DNA of 64,000 nucleotides from Vicugna vicugna (lineage: Eukaryota). Shown here one piece after another: positions 51,910 to 64,000 of this stretch (positions are counted from its first letter, which is position 1; each line of letters opens with the position of its first letter). The notes below the pieces were generated by a model, which did no database searches, was not told where the DNA came from, and was given only the letters and a program-made list of their open reading frames with translations. The translations under genes and the position numbers were made by a program. The stretch spans positions 684,001 through 748,000 of the forward strand of contig MU058337.1 of the NCBI GenBank assembly GCA_013265495.1, written 5' to 3'.

Positions 51910-52184
51910 AAACGAAAAGAGATATGGGATTGAAAAATAATGGAAATTTCAAAAAGAAAAGCCTGCACTCCAGTATGTCAGAGTAGAAAAAGAAAATATG
52001 TGTGATCTGTGGACAAACTCCCGTCTTTCTACAGAGAATAGAGAGTAAATTTATTTACTAAACATTCAAATGGTAGTTTTCTAATTTCCAGGCATGGTTT
52101 TAAGTGCTTTACCAATACTGACTCATCAAATCCTTGTAACTGCCTCCAGGGGAGGCTGCGCTTGTTTTATTTTGTTTAAAAAAA

Positions 52185-52187
<3 letters not shown>

Positions 52188-52218
<31 letters not shown>
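52188..52218. repeat. (AT)n microsatellite
   Basis: Read directly. Confidence 0.95.
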
Positions 52219-52223
<5 letters not shown>

Positions 52224-52234
52224 AATATACCCTC

Positions 52235-52375
52235 TGTGTTACTCAGGTTCTATAGAGAGTCAGACCCAACAGGTTATTTTATATATTATACACACACACA
52301 CATACCTATACATACACATATGCATACGCATGGAGAGAGAGATTAATTCATTATTGTAAGGAATTGGTTCACACA
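52235..52375 (-). mobile_element. ERVL LTR fragment (MLT2-like)
   Basis: 'tgtgttactcaggttctatagagagtcagacccaacagg...gagagagatt...taaggaattggttcacac' matches the antisense MLT2 3' end. Confidence 0.7.
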
Positions 52376-52399
52376 AATATTTTCAAATATTTGCATATA

Positions 52400-53320
52400 T
52401 ATTCTATTCAGAAACAGTATGTATCTTGGTTTCATTTCTATTTGAAGTTTATAAATGACAAAATACTGTATGTCATACTGTATTTTCACTTAATTTATGG
52501 CTTTGAGATATTTTCATTTACATGTATATACATTTCTTTGTTCACATTTTCTTATTCATCCACTTAGATGAATAGATATCTAGGCTATTTCTGATTGTTT
52601 TGTTTGTGTAAATAATAGTGCAGCAGACAATCTTCTATAAGCCTCCAATCTCATTGTGCAATCTGAATGTTTCTCTCGCATACCCTCCTGCAAGGAACAC
52701 GGATCGGCCGTATACAGTGCCCATACCATCAGTGATACTGGATATTGCCAAGTTGCCAGCCGCAGTAGCCGTGCCAGTTTCTTCTCCACTAACACTGCTT
52801 GTGATTTCCTCTTTCCACATAGCTTCATCAACATTTAATTGTTCAGACCATTTACATTTGAGTAAATCTGAGAGCAGAAAGAGAATCTCATTCTGGCTTT
52901 AATTTGCATTTCCTTCATTACTTATGAGTCAATTATCTGTCATATCTCTACCATCATCATTACTATCTCTTCTCTTTTGATATTTGAGTCTCCTAGTCTA
53001 TTTTCCTCTGCTAATTTTTTCTTCCTTTTTCAAAAATTGATTTTTTAGGAATACTTACACACACACACCCATATGCATGCACATGTATATATCCATCAAT
53101 TTAGATAAATACAGATACATTTGTGATAATTGTTTGTTATGTATACGCAAATATTTTCTTCAAGTGTGTTTTAAATCTGTGATGTTTTTTGACAACAGTT
53201 TGCTAAGACTTTTGTTTAAAGGAATGGAATTTTATGGAATGCTTTTTTTTCTGAATCAATTGACATGATCATATGATGTTTCTCCTTTAATTTATAAATG
53301 TGGTTAATTACATTATGTAT
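52400..53320 (-). mobile_element. Old L1 (L1ME/L1M-like) fragments
   Basis: 'ggatattgccaagttgcc', 'ttttaatttgcatttccttcattact', 'gcaaatattttcttcaa' and 'ctgaatcaattgacatgatcatatga' resemble antisense L1 ORF2. Confidence 0.65.
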
Positions 53321-53489
53321 ATACTTTATATATATATATATATGTATATAATACAATATATTCCTTGCTTACATTCCTAGAATTAGATGTATATCACCAG
53401 GAACAGCTTCCACCCACCACCCAGTCACAACACTGATGCATATTTCATGTTTTCTGACATGACAACACCCCGCTTTTAGAAACAGAATC

Positions 53490-53997
53490 TGTCCTGGAAT
53501 GTCGTCCTGCACACTAAGCCACCTGGAGCCTAATCTGCCACAGGAGTATTTATTCTGCTCTAAATCTGCAGGTTGGGCAGGGGTCTGTAGTTTCAGTTCA
53601 TCTCTGCTCCACTTGGCATCAGCTGAGCTGGCTTGAGAGGAGCCTAGAATTGTCTAGACAGACTCTTGTTCACATACCTGGTGACTGATACTGGCTGTTC
53701 ATGGGACCTCAGCTGGAGCGGCTGGTCAGAGCACTAATGTGGCCTCTGCAAGTGGCCCAGGCTTCTTTGCAACATGGTGGGTGAATTCTAGGGCAGGAAC
53801 CCCAAGAGAGATCCCCCTCGAAGCCGTGCCACCTTTTACTGCTTAATCTCAGAAGCCAGGCAACCTCACCTCCAGCACATTCTGCTCATCAGGAGAAGAC
53901 GCAGAGGTCAGTCCATACTCAGAGGGAGAGAAATTATGTTGACATCCATGAATGGGAGAAATGTCAAACAATATGCAGATATGTTTTAAAACAATAT
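53490..53997 (-). mobile_element. MaLR LTR (MLT1F/G/H-like), with possible adjacent internal sequence at about 53400-53490
   Basis: 'aatctgcaggttgggcagggg', 'tcatctctgctccacttggcatcagctg', 'gggacctcagctggag', 'caacatggtgg', 'cacattctgctcatc' and 'gatatgttttaaaac' are antisense MLT1 landmarks. Confidence 0.8.
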
Positions 53998-54114
53998 GAA
54001 ATGGACAATAAGGACAGTACAGAGTTTCACAAAAGCAATAGTCCAATGTTTCAGTGTAGACAGAGGTCCCTGGAAAAACCCCCATCCTTCTGAAGAGAAA
54101 AATTAAGGGATTTT

Positions 54115-54365
54115 ATTTTATTGAATAACTTTTTTCTGTGTACAGGTATGGTTCTAAGTGCTTTACAAGTTCTGTTCAACAAATCTTCCTAAAGCCCTAT
54201 GAGTTAGGGTCTGTGATAATTCCTATTTTAAAGATGTGGAAAGTGAGACAAGGGTGGTTAAATAAATCGCCCAGGGTTACACAGCTAGTAAGTCTGACAG
54301 CTGTTCAGACCTATAAGGTCTGACTCCAGACTCTAGGTTTTGATCACATCATTATTTTGCCTCTG
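54115..54365 (-). mobile_element. Near-full-length MIR SINE
   Basis: 'tttattgaata...gttctaagtgctttaca...ccctatgag...cctattttaaagatgtggaaagtgagac...cccagggttacacagctagtaagt...gtctgactccaga'. Confidence 0.85.
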
Positions 54366-56429
54366 CAGTAGAGACAGACTAGGTCAGGGAGGGCGTGGGG
54401 GCGCTATGTGTTTGTCCTTAGTGTGCCAATGGAATCAAGTGAACCAACTCTGTTTATTTTAATTGTTTTTATCTGGGACTTCTTTCTCTTTAAAAAAAAA
54501 AAATACAAATTATCGGGACCTGAAATTTTTCCACTTTACTACTAGTTTCAAAAAACCAGCCTCTGGTATTGTTGAAAATCTCTTCTATTTTTGCTATTAA
54601 TTCATTACATCAGTATTTCTTTTCATTGTGCATTTCTTTGTTCTTCCTTTGGGTTATCCATATGATTATTTTTCTAGCCTTTGGAACCAAATGCTTAGCT
54701 TATTTATTTACAACCTTTTTTATATTCCACAAATTCATTCAAGCTGACGAATTTCTAAGACCAGCGTAGCAATATGCAGTGTTCTTGCTGTTTACATCTA
54801 AATAGTTGGTAAGCACATTATAGTTTTCTCGTGGCTCTCTTTTCTCGTTGATACACCTCAGAAACCTCCAGCCTCATTGTAATGATACTTTGCACATTAT
54901 AGGCCCTCAGGAAAACTGCCCAGGTACAGTGAACTAAATATAATAAGATTCAGCTGCCAGAGTAACAGAGAAGGAATTACCTCCAGTTACAAATGGACTG
55001 GGGCAGAACAGGGTTCAAACAGCTCCTTGTTAATTCAGCAAAGCTAGATTGTTACGAAATAAAACGAATCAATCCCAGTAAGTTATTTCACTCTTCAGGA
55101 TAGATAAAACGTATTTTAGAAATCCAAATCGCTAGCACCTTACAGAAACATCACAGCAGAGAAAACATGAACCAACCAACCCACTGACAGTTCAGCTTGG
55201 AAACAAAATTTGTGTTAAGGAAGTAACAGTTTTAACTTGGATTTTGTTTTTATTTATCACTAAATATACTTCAAATGTTTCTTCTCAAAAGATGTTAAGA
55301 AATATAAAATTGATAGGAAAATAGAGAATATTTTCTCGGGGAATAGTAGATCACATTTACTGCTTAATTTGGTCACTGTGAGCTTACTGCCATTGTCATA
55401 GTTACAGTGGTAGCAGGGGTTACAAAGTACTTGTCTTGGGGCTTTTTATTGTACAGGTGAGTTTAAGTAGTAGAAAACATGTTTTTCTCAAATTGCACAT
55501 TTGCCTGCAGCATAAATATGAATAACGAATTATGTTCTTTAGGGCATGTCAAGAAATCTGTAAGAGATCTGACTACTGGATACTAAACGTCAAACATCCC
55601 CAGGCTTGTGTCCCTTGATGGATGATGATCTGCATGGTACAGCCTGGCTGAGTCTACACATGGTTTTGGAAGGAGTAACTAGTGCATAAGAGGCAGCATT
55701 AGCTTCTCAGCGTGGGAACAGGTTGTCTGCTAGATAATGTTTCAACAAATGTTTTCTTCAACTAATATGTTTCACCGTGTGGAGGGGATGTTTCCCAGCA
55801 GCAATGACTCCATCCTGCGCTGCTTAATCAGAAGCACCCCTGTCTAGCTCTCTAGAAACACACCATATGGGAAAACAAGCCATATTTTCAGCCCATAGAA
55901 CGTTACAGTGTCATATGCACGTAAGTGGAAATATCTAAGAAACACCAAGTTAGGATTTTCCCCTTCTCAGGGGTGGAGTCTTATTTTCCTTGACAAAGCA
56001 TTTTTAATGGGACCTGTAGGTAATACTCATAGGAAAAGCTAACAGAAATATTAAAAACAAAAACGTTATAATGTATAATTAAGTAAGCAGGCCTAATAAT
56101 GAAGTTACTGCTGAGTATGCTGCGAATCTGCATAGCCAGGTCCTGAATCAGTTGACAGAAAGGTGGGAGATGCCTCTGCTTCTTTAGGGAGAGTTGGCTA
56201 TGATGCCCAGTGAGGCTGGAAAGGGGTCAGGAGGGCGTATTACACACTTCGGGCCATAAGCAGTAATAGCTTAAACTGTTTTGCTGGGAGAGAAGCACAT
56301 CACGTTCCTATGATTTTGATTCAAGGAAAACACAGGCTGTTATTAGTTGTGATTAGATGAAATGATGTCCTTGACTAAATGAATGTCATGCTTCGACCAG
56401 CACTTTCTTTAAATCATCATTTTGGGGGT

Positions 56430-56680
56430 AGCAGGCCAAAGCAGTTTAGAGCCCATCGCTGGAGCCAATCTGTGATCAGACCCTGCAACCCAGTTGCCCT
56501 GTGACCCTGGGCAAATTATGAAACTTCTAATTCTCAGTTTTGGCATCTGTGAACAGAGATGATACCATAGCTGCTTTAAAGGGTACTATTTAAAAAAATG
56601 AGAATGTGCATGGAAAGTGTTTAGCATAGGCTCTGGTATGTGATAAGCACTCAGAAAGGGAAAGCTATCGTCGTCATCAT
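56430..56680 (+). mobile_element. MIR SINE
   Basis: 'ctggagcca...ctgtgaccctgggcaaattatgaaacttct...ctcagttttggcatctgtgaa...gaaagtgtttagcatag...taagcactcagaaa'. Confidence 0.8.
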
Positions 56681-59600
56681 GTGTGGCATTATTATTATCT
56701 CATGGCTAGCGGGACCGTGGCAGAGGAAGATGCCAGTTACGCTCCATGCCAGAATTCAGCCGTGATCCTGACGGCACAGCAGACTTTCCAGACAACCAGA
56801 CCATTGCTCATTGCCACCAAGTAACTGGGAGGTAGCACAGACGCTGTTCTTAGGTAAATTCCATGCTAGAACTTAAATTTTTAATTAAAATATTCTGGAA
56901 TATTAATGAGGAAACTTGCCATATTCTCCCTCTTTTCTCATCCCATGTTTTACTCCCAGTCTTAATTAGAGAGAATAATTTTCCTATTTGTCTTTTCAAT
57001 GAAGTCTTCCAAAAGAATATCAAACATATAAACTAGCACGCATCCTAGACTGTTCTGAAATCAGCAATGTTTTGTTCAGATATGTTCCCCAAGAAATGAA
57101 AAATCCACTAATTCTGGTTGGAATTACATTGCTTTGAGTATTTTCATTTTGACTCTGAGTCTTCTAAAAACGTCTAATCATACAAATGAGAAAAAATTTT
57201 TTCTTAGTTTCTTAGAAAGAAAAAACAAACTACTGAAATCTAAATGTGGATAGAGAAGATGAGCAAATAGTCATTTGGATTAAGGGGCAACAATTTAAAA
57301 TGTAGCCTCTCCATGACTCTAAACAGCAAAAAAAAAAAAAGCAATTTTAATGTGCTTACATTTGGAGGAGAAGGAGGATGGTGAGGATGACTGGCAAGAA
57401 GGCAGCTTTCTGGGTGCAGTCGTTTCTGATCTGAAGGCCACTGTTGTAGGGTGTCTGGGGGAGGAGTCGTATTAGGATTTTAACTTTTGCCTGCTTGGAT
57501 GCTTTTATGATGTCTTAGGCATTTTAGCTACTTGATTCATTTTTGTCTTCAAATATGGTTAGAGGAAAAATATATTTCTGGAAGATTTGGAATTGAGAAT
57601 GACTTATTTCTCGGTTAAAACGAAAATCTTTGAGTTAAAACACAGCCTCCTGCACGTGGCCCCTGTGTGTCACCTTCTGCTCCCCTCCTCCTGCTCCAGG
57701 GCAGGGCAGTGGAACAATCTTCCACTGGAGACTGTGCTCAGTTGATAGAATGTAAGTGGTCAGAGTGTCAAAACATGCAAAAAGCATGGCATTTTCAAAA
57801 TAGATAACTGTGCTCACTAGAATCGCGTTGGCATTTGGAGTAACAGATGGAAACATAGAAAATGGAGCCCCGCACACAGATACCATGCTCACTGGTCAAC
57901 CCCACCACACTCAAAGGATTTTCATTTTCATCCTTGCTTTCTTCTTCAATTTAGTTTTTATGGTCAGATTTTAAGTTGCCTCTTTGTTAATGTGTTCATT
58001 ACTGATCTGTTATTAAAAGGAAAGGAGTATACTTCAATGTGATGTTGGTTAATCCATTTTTCTTTTATATTTGATATGTTGGCATATTTAAAAATAACCC
58101 TATATCATTGACTTCACACTGTGATGTTTGCATGGTTATGACTTTAGTCTTTTCAGTCAGCAACAGTAACTCATTACTGCTTCAAAATTCTAAAAGGAAT
58201 CCCTCATATTTGGCCAATTTTTCTGATTAACTTGAAAGTAAGTTCTTACATTTAAGCAGTTATGGATAGAGCATGGTAATCTTTTTCCTTGAGAAATGGA
58301 CTCGTGCCTCTATAGATTTGTTACTAACAGAAAACAGAGTCATAGGCCCATAAATCACCTGGAAAATGTGAATAGAAAGTGCATTTTAATTAGAAATGGT
58401 TTGGCAATACCATTTCAGTAGCATTAAATTTCACAGCTAATTATTAAGCTGCAAATATGTGCAGAAAAAAGGAAAATGATCATTTGGAATAATTTTATCA
58501 TTGCTTTCTACAATTAAGGAGCATTTTTTTTTCTTCTTAAGAAATTTTATTAAGGAATGATTTTGAACTTAACCAAAATTTCTCTTCACAGACCAGAATG
58601 TGAGAAGAGAATCTGTAGTAAGAGCTGCTAAAACTATCCTGTCCTGTCCCTTCATCCTCTTAACAGGTCTCTTTGCCAGGTCAATTGTGTGGAATGAGTT
58701 TTGCTACATAATTACTGAGAAAGATGAGTTATGGAACATGCATGAATTGTCAGGCCTCTAATGGAACATGAGCGTAGGGAATCACGTGTTCTCTTGTGCG
58801 TATGTTTTCTGGGCCTGCAAGGTTATCAGGAGCATCGGTGAGATGGTTGGATCCCTGAGAAAACTGGCAGCTATAAGTACATGAATTACAAGGCTAGATA
58901 CCAAGGAATAATTGAATGAATTCAACATAAATAATCATTTAATAGACTCAAACTAAATATTAAGTGAAATCTTTAAATATTCCTCAGATATTTAAAGATA
59001 AACTAGAATACAGTTGGAAATATGATGTATAACATTTAAGTAAAATAGGAATGTATTAGTAAGCCATGCCACTGTGATATAAACACCTGCATTATAGATC
59101 AGCATAGTTTCTCATCTGATCTGCCTCAAAATTATTCATCACAGAGAAAACAGGTTTACCAGGGTCCCTTTAAGAGGTGAGAAAACACCACTTCATCACT
59201 TCAGGGAGGTTGAGTGACCCAGCTAGGAGTGGCAAAGTCACACCTAAAGAGATCTCAGATCTGATTCTGGTCTAGTGTGCCTTCTGTCTAAAAATTTCAT
59301 CTGTTCTCAGCCCCTTTCTGATTGTAATGCTTGCAAAGCCTTCCTGTGTATAATTGGAGTATATCGATTTCAGGTTCGATTCTCACGGTTTCACAGTGAT
59401 CAGAAATGAACAAAAAGCAGACCTTCTTGTCCAGTCTTGTCATTTAACCTGAGCACTGATGCTCTAGGAGTTTAAATCACTTGCACAAACAAGTTGCTCT
59501 TGAAGGCAAAAGCTGAGATTCACACCCAGGTCTCATATCACCTACAGTTCAGAAGTGTTTCTGTATAATCAAACAATATGAACCTTACTCTGAAGGAATT

Positions 59601-60114
59601 GTCCAATTCTTGTTGTTGATTTATAAGAAAAAAAATGTTTAAGGAAATAATAGAGAGCTTGTGTCATTGAAAAAAGAAGGGGGAGAGGAAGGAAGGAAAG
59701 AAGGAAAGAAAGAAGGAGACAGGCTCAGTAATTCACTCTGGACAAAACGGACATTGATCTGAAGTCAGATTGTAACTCATAGCTAAGGATTTATCTGTAT
59801 GAAGAAACAACTTTGGTTCCACCTTTCCTAGGCAAAGGAGATTTTTTATCTTTGTTTTTTCTGTTGTTTCACGTCTTCCTATGTATTTCATTTTGTTTTT
59901 ATCCTGGAAGCTCCAAAAGTGCTGAAGAAAAATGAAAACGCCATAAACTAGTTGTGAATGAGACACTGCATCTGTTCTTCAGGAAGCATGATGAAGACAT
60001 TAGCTTTTTAAGGATATTCATGCATTTTGAGAAATTGTAGTCAGAAGGCCATAATAATTTAGTTAATAGCAAACAACCAAAGCCTCTTATCTTAGTAAAA
60101 AATGGGAGTGCTAA

Positions 60115-60918
60115 TGTAACCAGGCAGGACCCTATTATCATTGGTGACCATCTGATATCTGCAACAGTGTTTGTAACTGCCTGACTGTATAGTATTTTAA
60201 AGAGTTTTTCTCATACTCTTGCTGACCAGGGTTAGGCTGGAAAGGAGGGAGGTTTGAGTGGTCCACTCAACCCCCTTGTGGTGCTGCATGAGGGGAATTA
60301 TGCCCAGTGCTCTGCTCCTGACCCCAGTGCCCTGCTCCTGACTCCAGTGCCCTGCTCCTGGCCCCAGTGCTCTCCTTTTAACCCCAGTGCCCTCCTCTTG
60401 ACTCCTTGTGGTTTCCTTGTATCCTGTTGTTCAAGCTGCAGGTCCCAGCCTGCAGTACGAGGTCCCAGGCCTGCTTAAAAGGCTAACAGCATTTATCCAC
60501 CTGACTTTAAACTGTACAAGTTTTTCTCTACAGTGCTTTTCCATGGAGCCCCTTCCTGTGCATCCTTTGTTCTCGGTACAAGAATATTAAGAGATTCCCA
60601 AAGCTGGAGGTGATCTTCATACCCAGAAGAGGGAAGTTGACCACTGCATCTGCAAAAAAAGAACAACTTGGCAATAATTTGTTACTCTATATGCAATCTC
60701 TATGGAAACTAGCTCTGCCCCTTGAACTCTTGAACTTTTACTATAAAACCTCCTGCCTTCTCTCCCCAGCAGGCTCACAGTCTTAGAGGCATTAGCCCAC
60801 TGTGACCTCCTTTGCCTGGCAAATAAGTGAAATAAAGCTGCCTTTTCTACCTTATCCAAAACTCTGTCCTCAAATCTCAATTCGGTAAGCAAGTTATGGA
60901 GGCCATGTTTCGGCAACA
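60115..60918 (+). mobile_element. ERV1-type solo LTR, possibly with an inverted internal segment
   Basis: Starts tgtaaccaggcaggacccta and ends tttcggcaaca, with 4-bp TSD CTAA (60111-60114 and 60919-60922). TATA-like 'tataaaa' at about 60742 and AATAAA at about 60831 on the + strand. Confidence 0.8.
60302..60405. repeat. 20-bp minisatellite, about 5 copies (consensus accccagtgccctgctcctg)
   Basis: Units start at 60301, 60321, 60341, 60361 and 60381, read directly. Confidence 0.9.
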
Positions 60919-61269
60919 CTAACCCTATTTGAATTAATCTAGGAAATGGCTCTAGAGGCTAACTAAAGTCTTTCTAGGGGACAGAGATGGTGTTGGAAGA
61001 GAGATTGGATGTATAACTTTACAAAGTAATTTCATCTCTCTAGGCCTCACTTCCTCAACTGAAAAAAAAAAGTGGATGAAGTAATCTATAAGATTATTTC
61101 AAGTTCCCAAATTAGCACTTCTGTATTATAGAGTGAATTCTTGCATTAGAATTCATCTTCCCTCTCTCCTTCCTGGTTGGCACCTGCCCAGCCCATCTTG
61201 CTGTTATCTCTAGCCTAGAATAGTGCGTTAGCCTCCTCACAGATCTTCACAATCTTGGGGAGGTGGGAG

Positions 61270-61620
61270 GGAACTCGCTTGGGAAGGAGCCTGTGCATTC
61301 TGGGGAGAATATGGACATGCTAAATTTGATATGCACATCAGGCACCCAATAATGCTATCTTGGCAACTGAATGTGTGAAGATCGTGTTCAAGGACAGAGT
61401 TCAGAACTAGAGATATCTATTTGGGAAACTCTGGCCTATTGTATTGATTTAAAATTATGAGACTGTAATTACCTAAAGTGTTGGTATAGACATTTAAGGA
61501 CTCCACCTTGGTTACCCAAGTATTCAGACAGTGGAAGATAAGGAAATTCAACAAACAGAAAGTATGGAATTGTTGCAAAGATGAAGGCAGAGAACCAGGA
61601 GTGACTGCTGCCCATAATAT
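61270..61620 (-). mobile_element. L2 fragment
   Basis: 'tggacatgctaaatttgatatgc', 'ggcaactgaatgtgtga' and 'ctagagatatctatttggga' resemble antisense L2. Confidence 0.55.
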
Positions 61621-64000
61621 AAATTTAGACAAAATAGAAATCACATGTCTGTGAAAAATTAGGATTTTGTGTGTGTCCCCGTAAAGCAATCTGGACAGAC
61701 AGCAAAATGGTCACAGTAGTTTTCAACATGTAGGTGAAAGAACATAGAGTTTTGAAGACATTTTACCTTGTCTTTTATTTATTGTCATATTGATTGATTT
61801 TTAAAAACAATTATACATTATTTTTACAATTAGCACAAAAGCTCCTTTCCTTAAAAAAAAAAAAAGTCAAGCAAGCTTCTCATAGTCTCAGTCTCAGGAT
61901 AAATTTCTACTCTAGTTTTTCATTGTATTCAACTACCTAACATTGACTATTTTTATTTTGTAAGCATTTGTATGTTTTCCCTAGAAGAAAGCCATTTGCA
62001 CAGTTCAATACCCTTTATGTTACCTCTATTATTTATAAGAACAAAAGCTCTGGAAAGAAAGAATTTTCATGAATATGAGATGGATAGTTTCAGCTGAACC
62101 TTAATATACACACCAAAACTCATGCATTTTCAGTCTTTATTATGTAAAGACAGGTTTGGAATGAGTGATGATGTGGGAGATGAGGTGCTAAATAGAATAC
62201 ACTGTAGAAGTTTCCCAAATCTTGTACCAAAAGCGTAATTTAAACTGTCTCTGCCTAATCCACCTTGTCTACGTGTACCAGAGAGCCATGAGTATGTGTG
62301 CATGTGTGTGTGCATGTGCATGTGTGTGTGTGGTCACCCACGTCTCCAGGCATGAAGGCAGTAACATGCTGCTTTATGCTGGTGTCTTTGATCTTAAGTA
62401 GACCTTTTTAGGGACTGACCTGAAGAATCTGTTTGTTCATGTTGTCCACAAGAACACTTCTAATATTCTCGGAGGGCAAATATGAAAAGGAGCTCCTCTC
62501 AATATATGCAAAATATCATTAAAGTTTATCTCAATTTAAATATAGAAGAAAGTATCTCAAGCAAATGCCAAATTGAGACAGAACAAATAGAGTCACACGC
62601 CTAGAAAAGCAAACCACCATTGCCACTTCAAGTGATGTGAGTTGACTTCAGAAGTTCAGCTGCTTAAAAGAACAGGCACAATGTCTTTCCCTGAGATAAG
62701 TATAACAGTGGGCTTATTGCCAATTTGAAAAACAAAGCAATACGCAGAAAGGGAAATTGCCCATTCCTATGAGGAGGCACCTAAACTTCTGTAGAGAATG
62801 TGACTAGCATGGTTATCCTCCTGATGAGATTGACAGAGACCTTCGTATCATCAGGCACCTGCTACCTTGTATTTGCCAAGGTGTTTTCTCTTGGATCACT
62901 GCTTCCCTGATTGCCTTCAAAGCCTGACCTCTTACACATTACGTGTGCACACACACCCCCCTGCCCCTCCCACATGCACATGCAGGCACTGCCACTCCCA
63001 CAGGCTGAGTTTTAGCAGTTTCCAGCCCACAGTCTTTAATAATATTACTCATTTTGTTTATTAGCTAAGTAGCTACTAGCTAAATGTCTACACTGAAGTC
63101 CCAGCAATACCCAGAAAATACGCAGAAAAGCAGATGGTGCACTTTGCCATTAAGGGGAGAAGGGCAGAACAGAGTGGCAGGCAGGTCACGTGACTGTCTG
63201 GGAGTGGGCTCTTCATCTTCTGTGTGTTGAAATGGGCTTAGTTCTTCGAGACTTCATTTTCCGGTTATTTGGGATTGTTCTGTGTTTTCTCTCACACACT
63301 ACTCGTGGTCATGGATGATGCATATAACAACTGTCTCAGCCTGGACATGTTGATCAGTTTTGCATGTATCTTCTTAAATAGTGATTATTGGGGAAATATG
63401 GCAATGAGAAAACATGCCTTAGAAATGTGCCTATTCTTCCTTATATAAAAATAAAATTGGCCATGGTAACACACTTAGTACCAACTATTTTGGGTTGTCG
63501 TGACATGGAGTCAGTGAAGATGATAGAAAGCAAAAAAATCCAGGCAATGAGAGAAAAACTTCTCTCAGAGATCTAAACTATGGCCGTTTTTAGTGAATCC
63601 ACAGGAAATAGGAGAAACCTCCTTCAGGCAATGTTAATATACTAAAGTTTGTGGACAAGAGAGGAGCAATGCCTTGAATTTGTTCTTATTGTTTAGATTG
63701 TTTTGTGCAAGAGTAATTTTTCTTAGAGCCACAGTGTGTTCTCATTATGTCCTAGATTCAATGTATTCCAATTAAAAGCGAACATTTTTCGTAACCCTGG
63801 TTACGAACAAAGAGACAGTTTGAAAAATACTATGATGCAATTCTGGTTGAAAACGCAGAAGGATTTCTGTTCACCTAACTGTGACATACTACACTTTAGG
63901 GACGTGGGTGACTATCATGGCAGCTCCAGTGTTCCTGGAATGGTGTGTGTGTGTGTGTGTGTGAAAATGATAACAGGCTAATTATTCTCTGGATCATCTA

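Noticed and set aside
58969..58999. 12-bp perfect inverted repeat atctttaaatat / atatttaaagat
   Set aside because: Short and very AT-rich, with no supporting context.
60302..60405. Regular 20-bp repeats as a CRISPR-like array
   Set aside because: The units are contiguous with no unique spacers, and the context is a mammalian LTR.

Overview
Mammalian genomic DNA, most likely a camelid (Camelus/Vicugna), judged from a vic-1-like tRNA-derived SINE and camelid-type L1 3' ends recognised from memory of the consensus sequences. I could not support any host protein-coding gene. The ORFs in the track are short and look like chance ORFs, except for broken Tigger1 transposase and L1 ORF2 fragments. 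The window looks intergenic or intronic and is dominated by transposable-element fossils: L2, MIR, several ages of L1, MLT1/MLT2 LTRs, MER5, a near-complete Tigger1 with TA target-site duplication, and two ERV1-type solo LTRs with 4-bp TSDs. The most unusual structures are (1) a double L1 insertion flanked by a ~131-bp direct repeat that starts at a canonical TT/AAAA site, with a perfect 15-bp fold-back hairpin at its 5' junction; (2) a CpG island built largely from an ancient L2 that has drifted to GC, with similar GC-shifted repeat patches elsewhere; (3) a solo LTR whose middle appears to be inverted; and (4) a near-consensus CTCF site. I found no evidence of a new multi-gene system. Repeat family names are by eye and boundaries of old repeats are approximate.
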